43,538 bases of DNA, taken from the IMG/VR virus record IMGVR_UViG_2687453364_000004; one strand, given 5' to 3'. A program made the translations under genes and the position numbers. The stretch's first letter is position 1; each line of letters starts with the position of its first letter. Below are positions 33,986 to 42,406 of the stretch, piece by piece. The notes beneath the pieces are model-generated. The model made no database searches. It saw only the letters and a program-made list of their open reading frames with translations, and was not told where the DNA came from. The stretch is from a virus (lineage: Duplodnaviria > Heunggongvirae > Uroviricota > Caudoviricetes).

Positions 33986-34911
33986 AGATCCACCCCGTAA
34001 ATCCAGTCTGTGTTTGTCAGGTCGAGTTTTGGTTTGCTAGCTGTCACGCCTGCCTGTTGCTTGTTACGGTTGATTTCGAGTTGGGTCCACTTGTCGCGGA
34101 GTTTGGCCGGACTTAGCACGTTACCGGACCAGAAGTTGTCCTGGCATGCCCAGCGGAACAGCACGCACATGTCGCGGTGGTTACGTCCGTCACGTTCACG
34201 CATCAGGCGGATATCGTTAGCCCACCCTGCAAAATTCGGTTTTCTGGCTGATGGCGCGATGGTCTTCACCATGTCAAACATCCACTCTGCGGCGGTCAGG
34301 TCTTCTGCTGTCCCCCACTTGCTGCCGCTCTGAATTGCAGCATCCGGTTTCACCACAGGAAGATCGTTTTCTGGTTGGTCAGAGGATTCGCCAGAATTCT
34401 CGGACGAAAAAGGTTTTATATTGTCTTTTGTTAGTTTGTCTTTTGTGTTTACCTGATTCGGGTAAACGCCTTTACCTGATTTGGGTAAACTTTTTTTACC
34501 TGATTCAGGTAAATTTACCTCTTTCAGGTAAACTTTATTTTTCTTACCTGATTCGGGTAATGTTGACCATTCACTGACCACATTATTAATGCCGGTATTC
34601 CGCCCGCTCTGAATAAAAATCCCACGCTTTACCAGAACACTTTTTGCAGCAGAACACTTGTGCGGCAATATCCCGGTTAATTCGGAAAGTTGCTCGTTGC
34701 TAACCCAATCCAGTTTTTTATTAAAGCCATATGTTTTGCGCATGACAGCCAGAAAGACCAGAAGCTGGTGCTGTGTTAATCCGGCCAGCATCACAGCTTC
34801 CAGCAACTCATTTGCAATGCGCGTATAACCATCATCGAGATCTGCCACGCGCGGCTCCTTTTGTGCCGCATCCGGCACTGGAAAATTGAATATCTCAGCA
34901 GTGTTTGCCAT
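33982..34911 (-). CDS. O: replication initiator O (chimeric: non-lambda N-terminal DNA-binding domain, lambda-identical C-terminal P-interaction domain)
   Basis: the C-terminal ~125 aa (SSENSGESSDQPENDL...TNTDWIYGVDL) match lambda O; the N-terminal half diverges; start placed at the internal ATG with GGAGG Shine-Dalgarno (MANTAEIFNFP...). Confidence 0.85.
   Translation of the reverse strand: MANTAEIFNFPVPDAAQKEPRVADLDDGYTRIANELLEAVMLAGLTQHQLLVFLAVMRKTYGFNKKLDWVSNEQLSELTGILPHKCSAAKSVLVKRGIFIQSGRNTGINNVVSEWSTLPESGKKNKVYLKEVNLPESGKKSLPKSGKGVYPNQVNTKDKLTKDNIKPFSSENSGESSDQPENDLPVVKPDAAIQSGSKWGTAEDLTAAEWMFDMVKTIAPSARKPNFAGWANDIRLMRERDGRNHRDMCVLFRWACQDNFWSGNVLSPAKLRDKWTQLEINRNKQQAGVTASKPKLDLTNTDWIYGVDL
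34449..34560. repeat. ori: origin iterons (about five copies of a ~18-bp TACCTGATTCGGGTAAAC-like repeat) with flanking AT-rich DNA, inside O
   Basis: TTACCTGATTCGGGTAAAC, TTACCTGATTTGGGTAAAC, TTACCTGATTCAGGTAAAT, TTACCTCTTTCAGGTAAAC and TTACCTGATTCGGGTAA read directly; located mid-O as orilambda is, but the sequence differs from lambda iterons; coordinates +/-2. Confidence 0.75.
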
Positions 34912-34997
34912 AATTCCTCCCGCAATGAGTGTGTTACGATTTGCACCTGAAAGTCGGTTCTGTTCCAGCAGACCGGCTTTCGCCATTTCTGAACCTG

Positions 34998-35537
34998 TCA
35001 TATCGCCCCCAGCATGGTAGTAACCATCGCCATCAATGGACCAGCCAGATCTGGGTCCACACGAAACATCGACACAATACCTTCACTAATTTCCTTCAGT
35101 TTCTGGTGGCGTGGTGCGTTGAGAATGACAGCCTGTTTTGCCTCACTGAGTTCCTTTTCCATTTCAGCCAACCTAGCCATGAAGCTATCCTGCTCAACCA
35201 GGTAACCGCGATATTCCAGCGGTAGTACCGCCAGAATTGCCGGGGTCAGTTCACGCACGTTATTTCGGTATTTTTCAGAATCGAATTTGTTATCGAGGAA
35301 GCGGAACAGCTTCTGGCGTGCACGGCTGACATCATCAGGGAAATCGATGGTGCCGCCGCCCTGCTCCAGATACTCATTCACAATGAGTGTGGCAACGACA
35401 TCCTGATTATCTACAGCCGACCAGGCGCGGACGGCATCACGGATTTTTTCGTGGCCTGGCACCTGTTTTGTTTGAGAACGATTTATCACCGCAGTCGGGC
35501 TAAATCCGCTAGTCTGTTGGTATGTAAGTGGTTGCAT
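34998..35537 (-). CDS. YdaT-family protein (CII functional analogue of Rac/CP-933P-type immunity regions)
   Basis: 179 aa in the cII position between cro and O; segments EYLEQGGG and LTPAILAVLPLEYR resemble E. coli YdaT from memory; AAAGGAG Shine-Dalgarno. Confidence 0.6.
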   Translation of the reverse strand: MQPLTYQQTSGFSPTAVINRSQTKQVPGHEKIRDAVRAWSAVDNQDVVATLIVNEYLEQGGGTIDFPDDVSRARQKLFRFLDNKFDSEKYRNNVRELTPAILAVLPLEYRGYLVEQDSFMARLAEMEKELSEAKQAVILNAPRHQKLKEISEGIVSMFRVDPDLAGPLMAMVTTMLGAI

Positions 35538-35580
35538 AATTGACTCCTTTAGTTTGAATTGACTGTTAAGTTGATTGCTT

Positions 35581-35594
35581 ATTGTTAAAGAGCG
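35581..35594 (-). promoter_or_regulatory. boxA element (nutR-like) just downstream of cro
   Basis: minus strand CGCTCTTTAACAAT matches the boxA consensus (G)CTCTTTAACAA; lies ~13 nt after the cro stop, the position of lambda nutR; no convincing boxB hairpin seen. Confidence 0.6.
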
Positions 35595-35606
35595 TGAAAT
35601 GGAAAT

Positions 35607-35837
35607 TTAAGCTGCGTTCTTTTCGGTGTGTGGAAACAACTTCGGAAGATCCGGGCGAATCTGGTATGCCTTCACTACTCCACCAGTAGCCGTAACAATG
35701 CTGCCGACATGTTCAGGGGATACCTTTGCTTTGTTGTGAAGCCACTTATAGACGGCCTGCTGTGAAACTTCGCAAGCAGCGCCCAGTTTCTTTTGTGAAC
35801 CAACGATATTGATCGCTGTTTTGATAGCTGGGTTCAT
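35607..35837 (-). CDS. Cro/YdaS-like HTH regulator
   Basis: 76 aa, divergent from cI across the operator region; GGAGG Shine-Dalgarno; helix-turn-helix-like segment QKKLGAACEVSQQAVYKWL. Confidence 0.7.
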   Translation of the reverse strand: MNPAIKTAINIVGSQKKLGAACEVSQQAVYKWLHNKAKVSPEHVGSIVTATGGVVKAYQIRPDLPKLFPHTEKNAA

Positions 35838-35941
35838 AACAACCTCCGTGGTTAATTTGAATCAAGATTAAAACTATGGTTGTTTTTAGTCAACAACCAT
35901 TTTCGTTTGATGGAATAAAACCTTGGTTGTACATTTGGACT
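35838..35941. promoter_or_regulatory. oR/pR/pRM divergent promoter-operator region
   Basis: inverted repeat ATGGTTGTT-7 nt-AACAACCAT (~35876-35900) plus further GGTTGT/ACAACC half-sites; candidate pR (minus strand TTGACT-17-TAATCT) and pRM (plus strand TTGATG-17-TACATT ending 7 nt before the cI ATG, implying a leaderless cI mRNA). Confidence 0.55.
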
Positions 35942-36631
35942 ATGAAAACAACACTCTCAGAAAGACTTAAAGAAGCCAGATTAGCGCGAGGCCTTACACA
36001 AAAGGCGCTTGGGGATTTGGTCGGGGTTAGCCAGGCTGCTATTCAGAAAATCGAAACAGGGAAAGCTAATCAAACAACTAAAATCGTGGAGATCGCGAAC
36101 GCTTTGGGTGTGCGCGCAGAATGGTTATCTTCTGGCGTTGGAAATATGTCAGACAGTACAGTGCAACCAATACAATCAACTGTCAGCCATTCCAAATACT
36201 TCAAGATTGACGTTCTTGATATAGAAGTCAGTGCTGGGCCGGGAGTCATCAACCGTGAGTTTGTAGAAGTTCTACGCTCGGTTGAGTACTCGTTTGACGA
36301 TGCTCGTCACATGTTCGATGGTAGGAAGGCGGAAAATATCCGCATCATTAACGTGCGTGGTGACAGCATGTCAGGAACGATCGAACCAGGTGATCTGCTG
36401 TTCGTTGATATCACAGTTAAATCTTTCGACGGTGATGGTATCTATGCGTTTCTGTACGACGACACAGCCCATGTAAAGCGCCTGCAAATGATGAAGGATA
36501 AGCTGCTGGTCATCTCTGATAACAAAAGCTACTCACCGTGGGACCCGATCGAGAAAGACGAGATGAACCGGGTGTTCATCTTCGGTAAGGTTATTGGGAG
36601 CATGCCGCAGACATATAGGAAGCATGGGTAG
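35942..36631 (+). CDS. CI-like repressor (N-terminal HTH, C-terminal LexA/S24-type autocleavage domain)
   Basis: MKTTLSERLKEARLARGLTQKALGDLVGVSQAAIQKIETGK... (HTH); C-terminal RGDSMSGTIEPGDLLFVD...HVKRL resembles the S24 Ser/Lys dyad region; internal ATG chosen. Confidence 0.85.
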   Translation: MKTTLSERLKEARLARGLTQKALGDLVGVSQAAIQKIETGKANQTTKIVEIANALGVRAEWLSSGVGNMSDSTVQPIQSTVSHSKYFKIDVLDIEVSAGPGVINREFVEVLRSVEYSFDDARHMFDGRKAENIRIINVRGDSMSGTIEPGDLLFVDITVKSFDGDGIYAFLYDDTAHVKRLQMMKDKLLVISDNKSYSPWDPIEKDEMNRVFIFGKVIGSMPQTYRKHG

Positions 36632-36752
36632 TACCAATTAAAAATTATCAACTGGGCATTGTGCTCATTCAGTAAAGAACTAATTCCTATCTTTGCTCTA
36701 GGTAGTAATATTAAGCCACCGCAATAATATCTTTACCTAACGGCGTAAGAAT

Positions 36753-36780
36753 CCCGGTCACCGTGCCGGGTTTTCTTTTG
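36753..36780 (+). terminator. rho-independent terminator downstream of cI
   Basis: CCCGG-tcaccgtg-CCGGG followed by TTTTCTTTT; coordinates +/-2. Confidence 0.5.
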
Positions 36781-36896
36781 CCCTCCCCTCATCACACACA
36801 CCGTTAAAAAAACCACCATAACCTCGCTTCAGTTATCGCTATGCGATTCAAGTCACAAAATAAATCCATCCTAAATACAACCAGTTATATCTAAAA

Positions 36897-36950
36897 CAAC
36901 CAATAAAACAACTTTTGTTGTTGACGATAAAACAACTATAGTTTTAAATA
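36897..36950 (+). promoter_or_regulatory. oL/pL candidate: early-left promoter with GTTGTT/AACAAC operator half-sites
   Basis: AACAAC-TTTT-GTTGTT and GTTGTT-8 nt-AACAAC repeats overlapping TTGACG-17 nt-TTAAAT; the same half-site as in oR. Confidence 0.5.
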
Positions 36951-37142
36951 AGTTCATCGCAACAACACAACGATACGGCAACTACCTGATTCACCGTTGC
37001 GATGACCGCTTAGATCCGCAGTTTGAATTTCAGCAGGCTTCGGGGAGTGCGAGGGGTGAAACGGACGCGTGAACGTCGGTGTGACCAGCTGAAATTAACT
37101 CAACATTTCATACCTTAGTCGCTTCAACGAGGCGGCTTAGTT

Positions 37143-37433
37143 ATGACAACCGGCGGCCATCCACCGCCTGAATACGCGCAGAAGTCTCTATATGTTCAGC
37201 AGCCCAGCTTACGGGCAGGAGTTTTTATGGTTCATCAACATTACGGAACGCAGACCGTTAATCGCGGTGCGGTCATGCCAGGAATGCTGGTCAAACACAA
37301 AGATGGTACCTGGACTGCATCAGCTAATTTACGCGGACGGCTTTATCTGCATCGCGGCATCGAGCGCACTTATACCCGTGATTTGCTCGTGGAAGTTTTT
37401 CTCGACGGACGCGGCAACGGCCTGAATCACTAA
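37143..37433 (+). CDS. hypothetical early-left protein (occupies the lambda N-to-kil position)
   Basis: 96-aa ORF with a GAGG ~11 nt upstream; no family recognised; an overlapping 77-aa alternative-frame ORF (37192-37425) cannot be excluded. Confidence 0.3.
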   Translation: MTTGGHPPPEYAQKSLYVQQPSLRAGVFMVHQHYGTQTVNRGAVMPGMLVKHKDGTWTASANLRGRLYLHRGIERTYTRDLLVEVFLDGRGNGLNH

Positions 37434-37508
37434 TCCCCTTTCCTGTTTACCTAATCAGCCCGGCATTTCGCAGGCGATATTTTCACAGCCATTTTCAGGA
37501 GTTCAGCC

Positions 37509-37805
37509 ATGAACGCTTATTACATTCAGGATCGTCTTGAGGCTCAAAGCTGGGCGCGTCACTACCAGCAGATCGCCCGTGAAGAGAAAGAGGCAGAACT
37601 GGCAGACGACATGGAAAAAGGTCTTCCACAGCACCTGTTTGAATCACTCTGCATCGATCATTTGCAACGCTGCGGGGCCAGCAAAAAAGCCATTACCCGT
37701 GCGTTTGATGACGATGTTGAGTTTCAGGAGCGCATGGCAGAACACATCCGGTACATGGTTGAAACCATTGCTCACCACCATGTTGATATTGATTCAGAGG
37801 TATAA
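37509..37805 (+). CDS. gam: Gam host-nuclease (RecBCD) inhibitor, short form
   Basis: 98 aa, [44 protein letters not shown]... matches the C-terminal 98 aa of lambda Gam; the upstream extension found in lambda is out of frame/stopped here. Confidence 0.9.
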   Translation: MNAYYIQDRLEAQSWARHYQQIAREEKEAELADDMEKGLPQHLFESLCIDHLQRCGASKKAITRAFDDDVEFQERMAEHIRYMVETIAHHHVDIDSEV

Positions 37806-37810
37806 AACGG

Positions 37811-38596
37811 ATGAGTACAGCACTCGCAACGCTGGCTGGGAAGCTGGCTGAACGTGTCGGCATGGATTCTGTCGACCCACAGGAACTGATCACCACTCTT
37901 CGTCAGACGGCATTTAAAGGTGATGCCAGCGATGCGCAGTTCATCGCATTGCTGATCGTCGCCAACCAGTACGGCCTTAATCCGTGGACGAAAGAAATTT
38001 ACGCCTTCCCTGATAAGCAGAACGGCATCGTTCCGGTGGTGGGCGTTGATGGCTGGTCCCGCATCATCAATGAAAACCAGCAGTTTGATGGCATGGACTT
38101 TGAGCAGGACAATGAATCATGTACGTGCCGGATTTACCGCAAAGACCGCAATCATCCGATCTGCGTTACCGAATGGATGGATGAATGCCGCCGCGAACCA
38201 TTCAAAACTCGCGAAGGCAGAGAAATCACGGGGCCGTGGCAGTCGCATCCCAAACGGATGTTACGGCATAAAGCCATGATTCAGTGTGCCCGTCTGGCCT
38301 TCGGATTTGCTGGTATCTATGACAAGGATGAAGCCGAGCGCATTGTCGAAAATACTGCATACACTGCGGAACGTCAGCCGGAACGCGACATCACTCCGGT
38401 TAACGATGAAACCATGCAGGAGATTAACACTCTGCTGATTGCCCTGGACAAAACATGGGATGACGACTTATTGCCGCTCTGTTCCCAGATATTTCGCCGC
38501 GACATTCGCGCATCGTCAGAACTGACACAGGCCGAAGCAGTGAAAGCTCTTGGATTCCTGAAACAGAAAGCCACTGAGCAGAAGGTGGCAGCATGA
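37811..38596 (+). CDS. bet: Bet (Red-beta) single-strand annealing protein
   Basis: 261 aa, [59 protein letters not shown]... near-identical to lambda Bet. Confidence 0.95.
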   Translation: MSTALATLAGKLAERVGMDSVDPQELITTLRQTAFKGDASDAQFIALLIVANQYGLNPWTKEIYAFPDKQNGIVPVVGVDGWSRIINENQQFDGMDFEQDNESCTCRIYRKDRNHPICVTEWMDECRREPFKTREGREITGPWQSHPKRMLRHKAMIQCARLAFGFAGIYDKDEAERIVENTAYTAERQPERDITPVNDETMQEINTLLIALDKTWDDDLLPLCSQIFRRDIRASSELTQAEAVKALGFLKQKATEQKVAA

Positions 38597-39273
38597 CACC
38601 GGACATTATCCTGCAGCGTACCGGGATCGACGTGAGAGCTGTCGAACAGGGGGATGATGCATGGCACAAATTACGGCTCGGCGTCATCACCGCTTCAGAA
38701 GTTCACAACGTGATAGCAAAGCCCCGCTCAGGAAAGAAGTGGCCTGACATGAAAATGTCCTACTTCCACACCCTGCTGGCTGAGGTTTGCACCGGTGTGG
38801 CTCCGGAAGTTAATGCTAAGGCGCTGGCGTGGGGAAAACAGTACGAGAACGACGCCAGAACCCTGTTTGAATTCACTTCCGGCGTGAATGTTACTGAATC
38901 CCCGATCATCTATCGCGACGAAAGTATGCGCACCGCCTGCTCTCCCGATGGTTTATGCAGTGACGGCAATGGCCTTGAGCTGAAATGCCCGTTTACCTCC
39001 CGGGATTTCATGAAGTTCCGGCTCGGTGGTTTCGAGGCCATAAAGTCGGCTTACATGGCCCAGGTGCAGTACAGCATGTGGGTGACACGAAAAGATGCCT
39101 GGTACTTTGCCAACTATGACCCACGAATGAAGCGTGAAGGCCTGCATTATGTCGTGGTTGAGCGGGATGAAAAGTACATGGCGAGTTTTGACGAGATGGT
39201 GCCGGAGTTCATCGAAAAAATGGACGAAGCACTGGCTGAAATTGGTTTTGTATTTGGAGAGCAATGGCGATGA
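38593..39273 (+). CDS. exo: lambda exonuclease (Red-alpha)
   Basis: 226 aa, [50 protein letters not shown]... near-identical to lambda Exo. Confidence 0.95.
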   Translation: MTPDIILQRTGIDVRAVEQGDDAWHKLRLGVITASEVHNVIAKPRSGKKWPDMKMSYFHTLLAEVCTGVAPEVNAKALAWGKQYENDARTLFEFTSGVNVTESPIIYRDESMRTACSPDGLCSDGNGLELKCPFTSRDFMKFRLGGFEAIKSAYMAQVQYSMWVTRKDAWYFANYDPRMKREGLHYVVVERDEKYMASFDEMVPEFIEKMDEALAEIGFVFGEQWR

Positions 39274-39452
39274 CCCATCCTCACGATAATATCCGGGTAG
39301 GCGCGATCACTTTCGTCTACTCCGTTACAAAGCGAGGCTGGGTATTTCACGGTCTTTCTGTTATCCGAAATCCGCTGAAAGCCCAGCGGCTGGCTGAGGA
39401 GATAAATAATAAACGGGGGGCGGTATGCACAAAGCATCTCCTGTTGAGTTAA
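39264..39452 (+). CDS. small conserved lambdoid protein (lambda orf60a-like)
   Basis: 62-aa ORF immediately after exo; the position and my recollection of the lambda sequence suggest orf60a. Confidence 0.6.
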   Translation: MAMTHPHDNIRVGAITFVYSVTKRGWVFHGLSVIRNPLKAQRLAEEINNKRGAVCTKHLLLS

Positions 39453-39616
39453 GAACGAGTATTGATTTGGCACATAGCCTTGCTCAAATTGGAGTCAGGT
39501 TTGTGCCAATACCAGCAGAAACAGACGAAGAATTTCATACGTTAGCCACATCCCTTTCACAAAAGCTGGAAATGATGGTGGCGAAAGCAGAAGCAGATGA
39601 GAGAGACCAGGTATGA
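39425..39616 (+). CDS. small conserved lambdoid protein (lambda orf63-like)
   Basis: 63-aa ORF, the next gene after the orf60a-like gene as in lambda. Confidence 0.6.
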   Translation: MHKASPVELRTSIDLAHSLAQIGVRFVPIPAETDEEFHTLATSLSQKLEMMVAKAEADERDQV

Positions 39617-39696
39617 CAACCACTGAATGCATTTTTCTGGCAGCGGGCTTCATATTCTGTGTGCTTATGCTTGCCGACATGGGGCTTGTTCAGTGA
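39613..39696 (+). CDS. possible 27-aa single-TM peptide
   Basis: ATG...TGA reading MTTTECIFLAAGFIFCVLMLADMGLVQ; start overlaps the previous stop; below the track cutoff; speculative. Confidence 0.25.
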   Translation: MTTTECIFLAAGFIFCVLMLADMGLVQ

Positions 39697-39908
39697 CACC
39701 TCAGCAAGAAAATGCCCTTCGCAGCATTGCCCGTCAGGCTAATTCTGAAATCAAAAAAGTCAGACAGCAGTTTCCGGATAAAAACGTCAATGACATTTGC
39801 CGTAGCGTACTGAAGAAGCACCGCGAAACGGTAACGCTGAAGGGATTCACACCGACTCATTTAAGCCTGGCAATCGGCATGTTAAACGGCGTCTTTAAGG
39901 AACGATGA
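39627..39908 (+). CDS. small conserved lambdoid protein (lambda orf61-like)
   Basis: 93-aa track ORF; the conserved part (TPQQENALRSIARQANSEIKKVRQQFPDKNVNDICRSVLKKHRETVTL...) may start at the GTG near 39693. Confidence 0.55.
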   Translation: MHFSGSGLHILCAYACRHGACSVTPQQENALRSIARQANSEIKKVRQQFPDKNVNDICRSVLKKHRETVTLKGFTPTHLSLAIGMLNGVFKER

Positions 39909-39930
39909 ACATGAAAAGCAAAATTATCAG

Positions 39931-39954
39931 GGAGCTACAGGCTCCTTTTTTATT
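39931..39954 (+). terminator. rho-independent terminator in the early-left operon, just upstream of the IS
   Basis: GGAGC-tacag-GCTCC followed by TTTTTTATT; coordinates +/-2. Confidence 0.5.
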
Positions 39955-40043
39955 GTTCGCATTCACCCTCAAGCGTATTAACCAACAGTTCAGGGATTAA
40001 TGAAAGATGGCAGTGAAGTGGTCAACAAAAACTGGCCACCGAG

Positions 40044-41191
<1,148 letters not shown>

Positions 41192-41480
41192 TATGGCACC
41201 TGTGTTGTTCTGAGGTGAGCATATCACCTCTGTTCAGGTGGCCAAATTCAGTAAACCACTTCACAGACATCATTGATTCAGCATCAGAAATAGAAGAATT
41301 ACAGCGCAACACAGCAATAAAAATGCGCCGCCTGAACTACCTGGCTGTATCTGCCACTCATTGTTGTGAGTGTGGCGATCCGATAGATGAACGAAGACGC
41401 CTGGCCGTTCAGGGTTGTCGGACTTGCGCCAGTTGCCAGCAAGATCTGGAGCTTATCCGCAAACAAAGGGGGATTAAGTG

Positions 41481-41807
41481 ATGGCTAACCTGCAACTTGC
41501 TGTTAAAAGTGAATACTTCGATGCCATGATTCGCGGAGAGAAAACGGAAGAGTATCGCTTGTGTAATGACTACTGGAATAAGCGAATTATGTTCCGGGAA
41601 TATGACCGCCTGATTATCACAAAGGGATATCCGAAGCGCGACGATTCCAGTCGCAGAATTGATGTTCCGTATGACGGATATGAAGTGAAGACAATCACAC
41701 ATCCGCACTTTGGCGATAAACCGGTAAAGGTGTTCGCTATAAAGGTGAATATCAGCACTGAATATCAATCCGCACAACACAAGGTCAAGAATGTTCAGAG
41801 TGATTGA
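41481..41807 (+). CDS. ASCH-domain protein
   Basis: 108 aa; GxKxxExR motif (GEKTEEYR) typical of ASCH/PUA-like domains; start overlaps the traR-like stop (TGATG). Confidence 0.55.
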   Translation: MANLQLAVKSEYFDAMIRGEKTEEYRLCNDYWNKRIMFREYDRLIITKGYPKRDDSSRRIDVPYDGYEVKTITHPHFGDKPVKVFAIKVNISTEYQSAQHKVKNVQSD

Positions 41808-42030
41808 CCCTAACACCTGGTACGTCGACCACCACGGCACTCCCTGCAAAATCCTGCGTTCTACCCACAACAAAGTTCACTACATCCGAAAAGGCAGAAC
41901 ATGTATCGCCAGCATGTTCCGCTTTAATCATGACTTTGAACCTGTGAATAAAGCTGATGCAGATCGGATAGCAGAAGAGATCGAAACGGCAGAACACATT
42001 AAGAAGTTACGTGACATGCGCAGGAAATAG
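41791..42030 (+). CDS. hypothetical protein
   Basis: 79-aa ORF overlapping the end of the ASCH gene by 17 nt; basic C-terminus; no family recognised. Confidence 0.4.
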   Translation: MFRVIDPNTWYVDHHGTPCKILRSTHNKVHYIRKGRTCIASMFRFNHDFEPVNKADADRIAEEIETAEHIKKLRDMRRK

Positions 42031-42169
42031 AAAAATTGATAAATTCAATACTGCATTTCTCAGCATTAAATTTATCTCTATGACCAGTCAAGAGATGTAC
42101 CTGCCATGAGCTTAATATCATGTCAGATATATCGGTCACAAACTCCCTCAGCAGCTAAGAGGAGGACAA

Positions 42170-42406
42170 ATGTCTCGACTAATCACTTTACAGGACTGGG
42201 CTAAAGAAGAATTTGGGGACTTAGCACCAAGTGAGCGAGTTCTGAAAAAATACGCGCAAGGGAAAATGATGGCCCCACCCGCTATAAAAGTTGGTCGCTA
42301 CTGGATGATTGACCGAAATTCCCGTTTTGTAGGAACGCTTGCAGAACCGCAACTCCCAATAAACGCAAACCCAAAACTCCAAAGGATAATCGCTGATGGC
42401 TGCTAG
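42170..42406 (+). CDS. xis: excisionase Xis
   Basis: 78 aa, MSRLITLQDWAKEEFG...PPAIKVGRYWM resembles the lambda Xis winged-helix N-terminus (MYLTLQEW...PPPVKDGREYLF); strong AAGAGGAGG Shine-Dalgarno; overlaps int by 11 nt. Confidence 0.85.
   Translation: MSRLITLQDWAKEEFGDLAPSERVLKKYAQGKMMAPPAIKVGRYWMIDRNSRFVGTLAEPQLPINANPKLQRIIADGC

Noticed and set aside
34912-35010. oop-like antisense RNA and terminator at the O/cII-analogue junction
   Set aside because: Only an imperfect hairpin with no T-run was found; insufficient evidence.
37020-37115. ~31-codon Arg-rich ORF (…RLRGVRGVKRTRERR…) in the pL leader as a miniature N-like antiterminator
   Set aside because: It is far shorter than any known N protein and lies in a GC-rich stretch where Arg codons arise by chance; kept only as a note within the missing-N finding.
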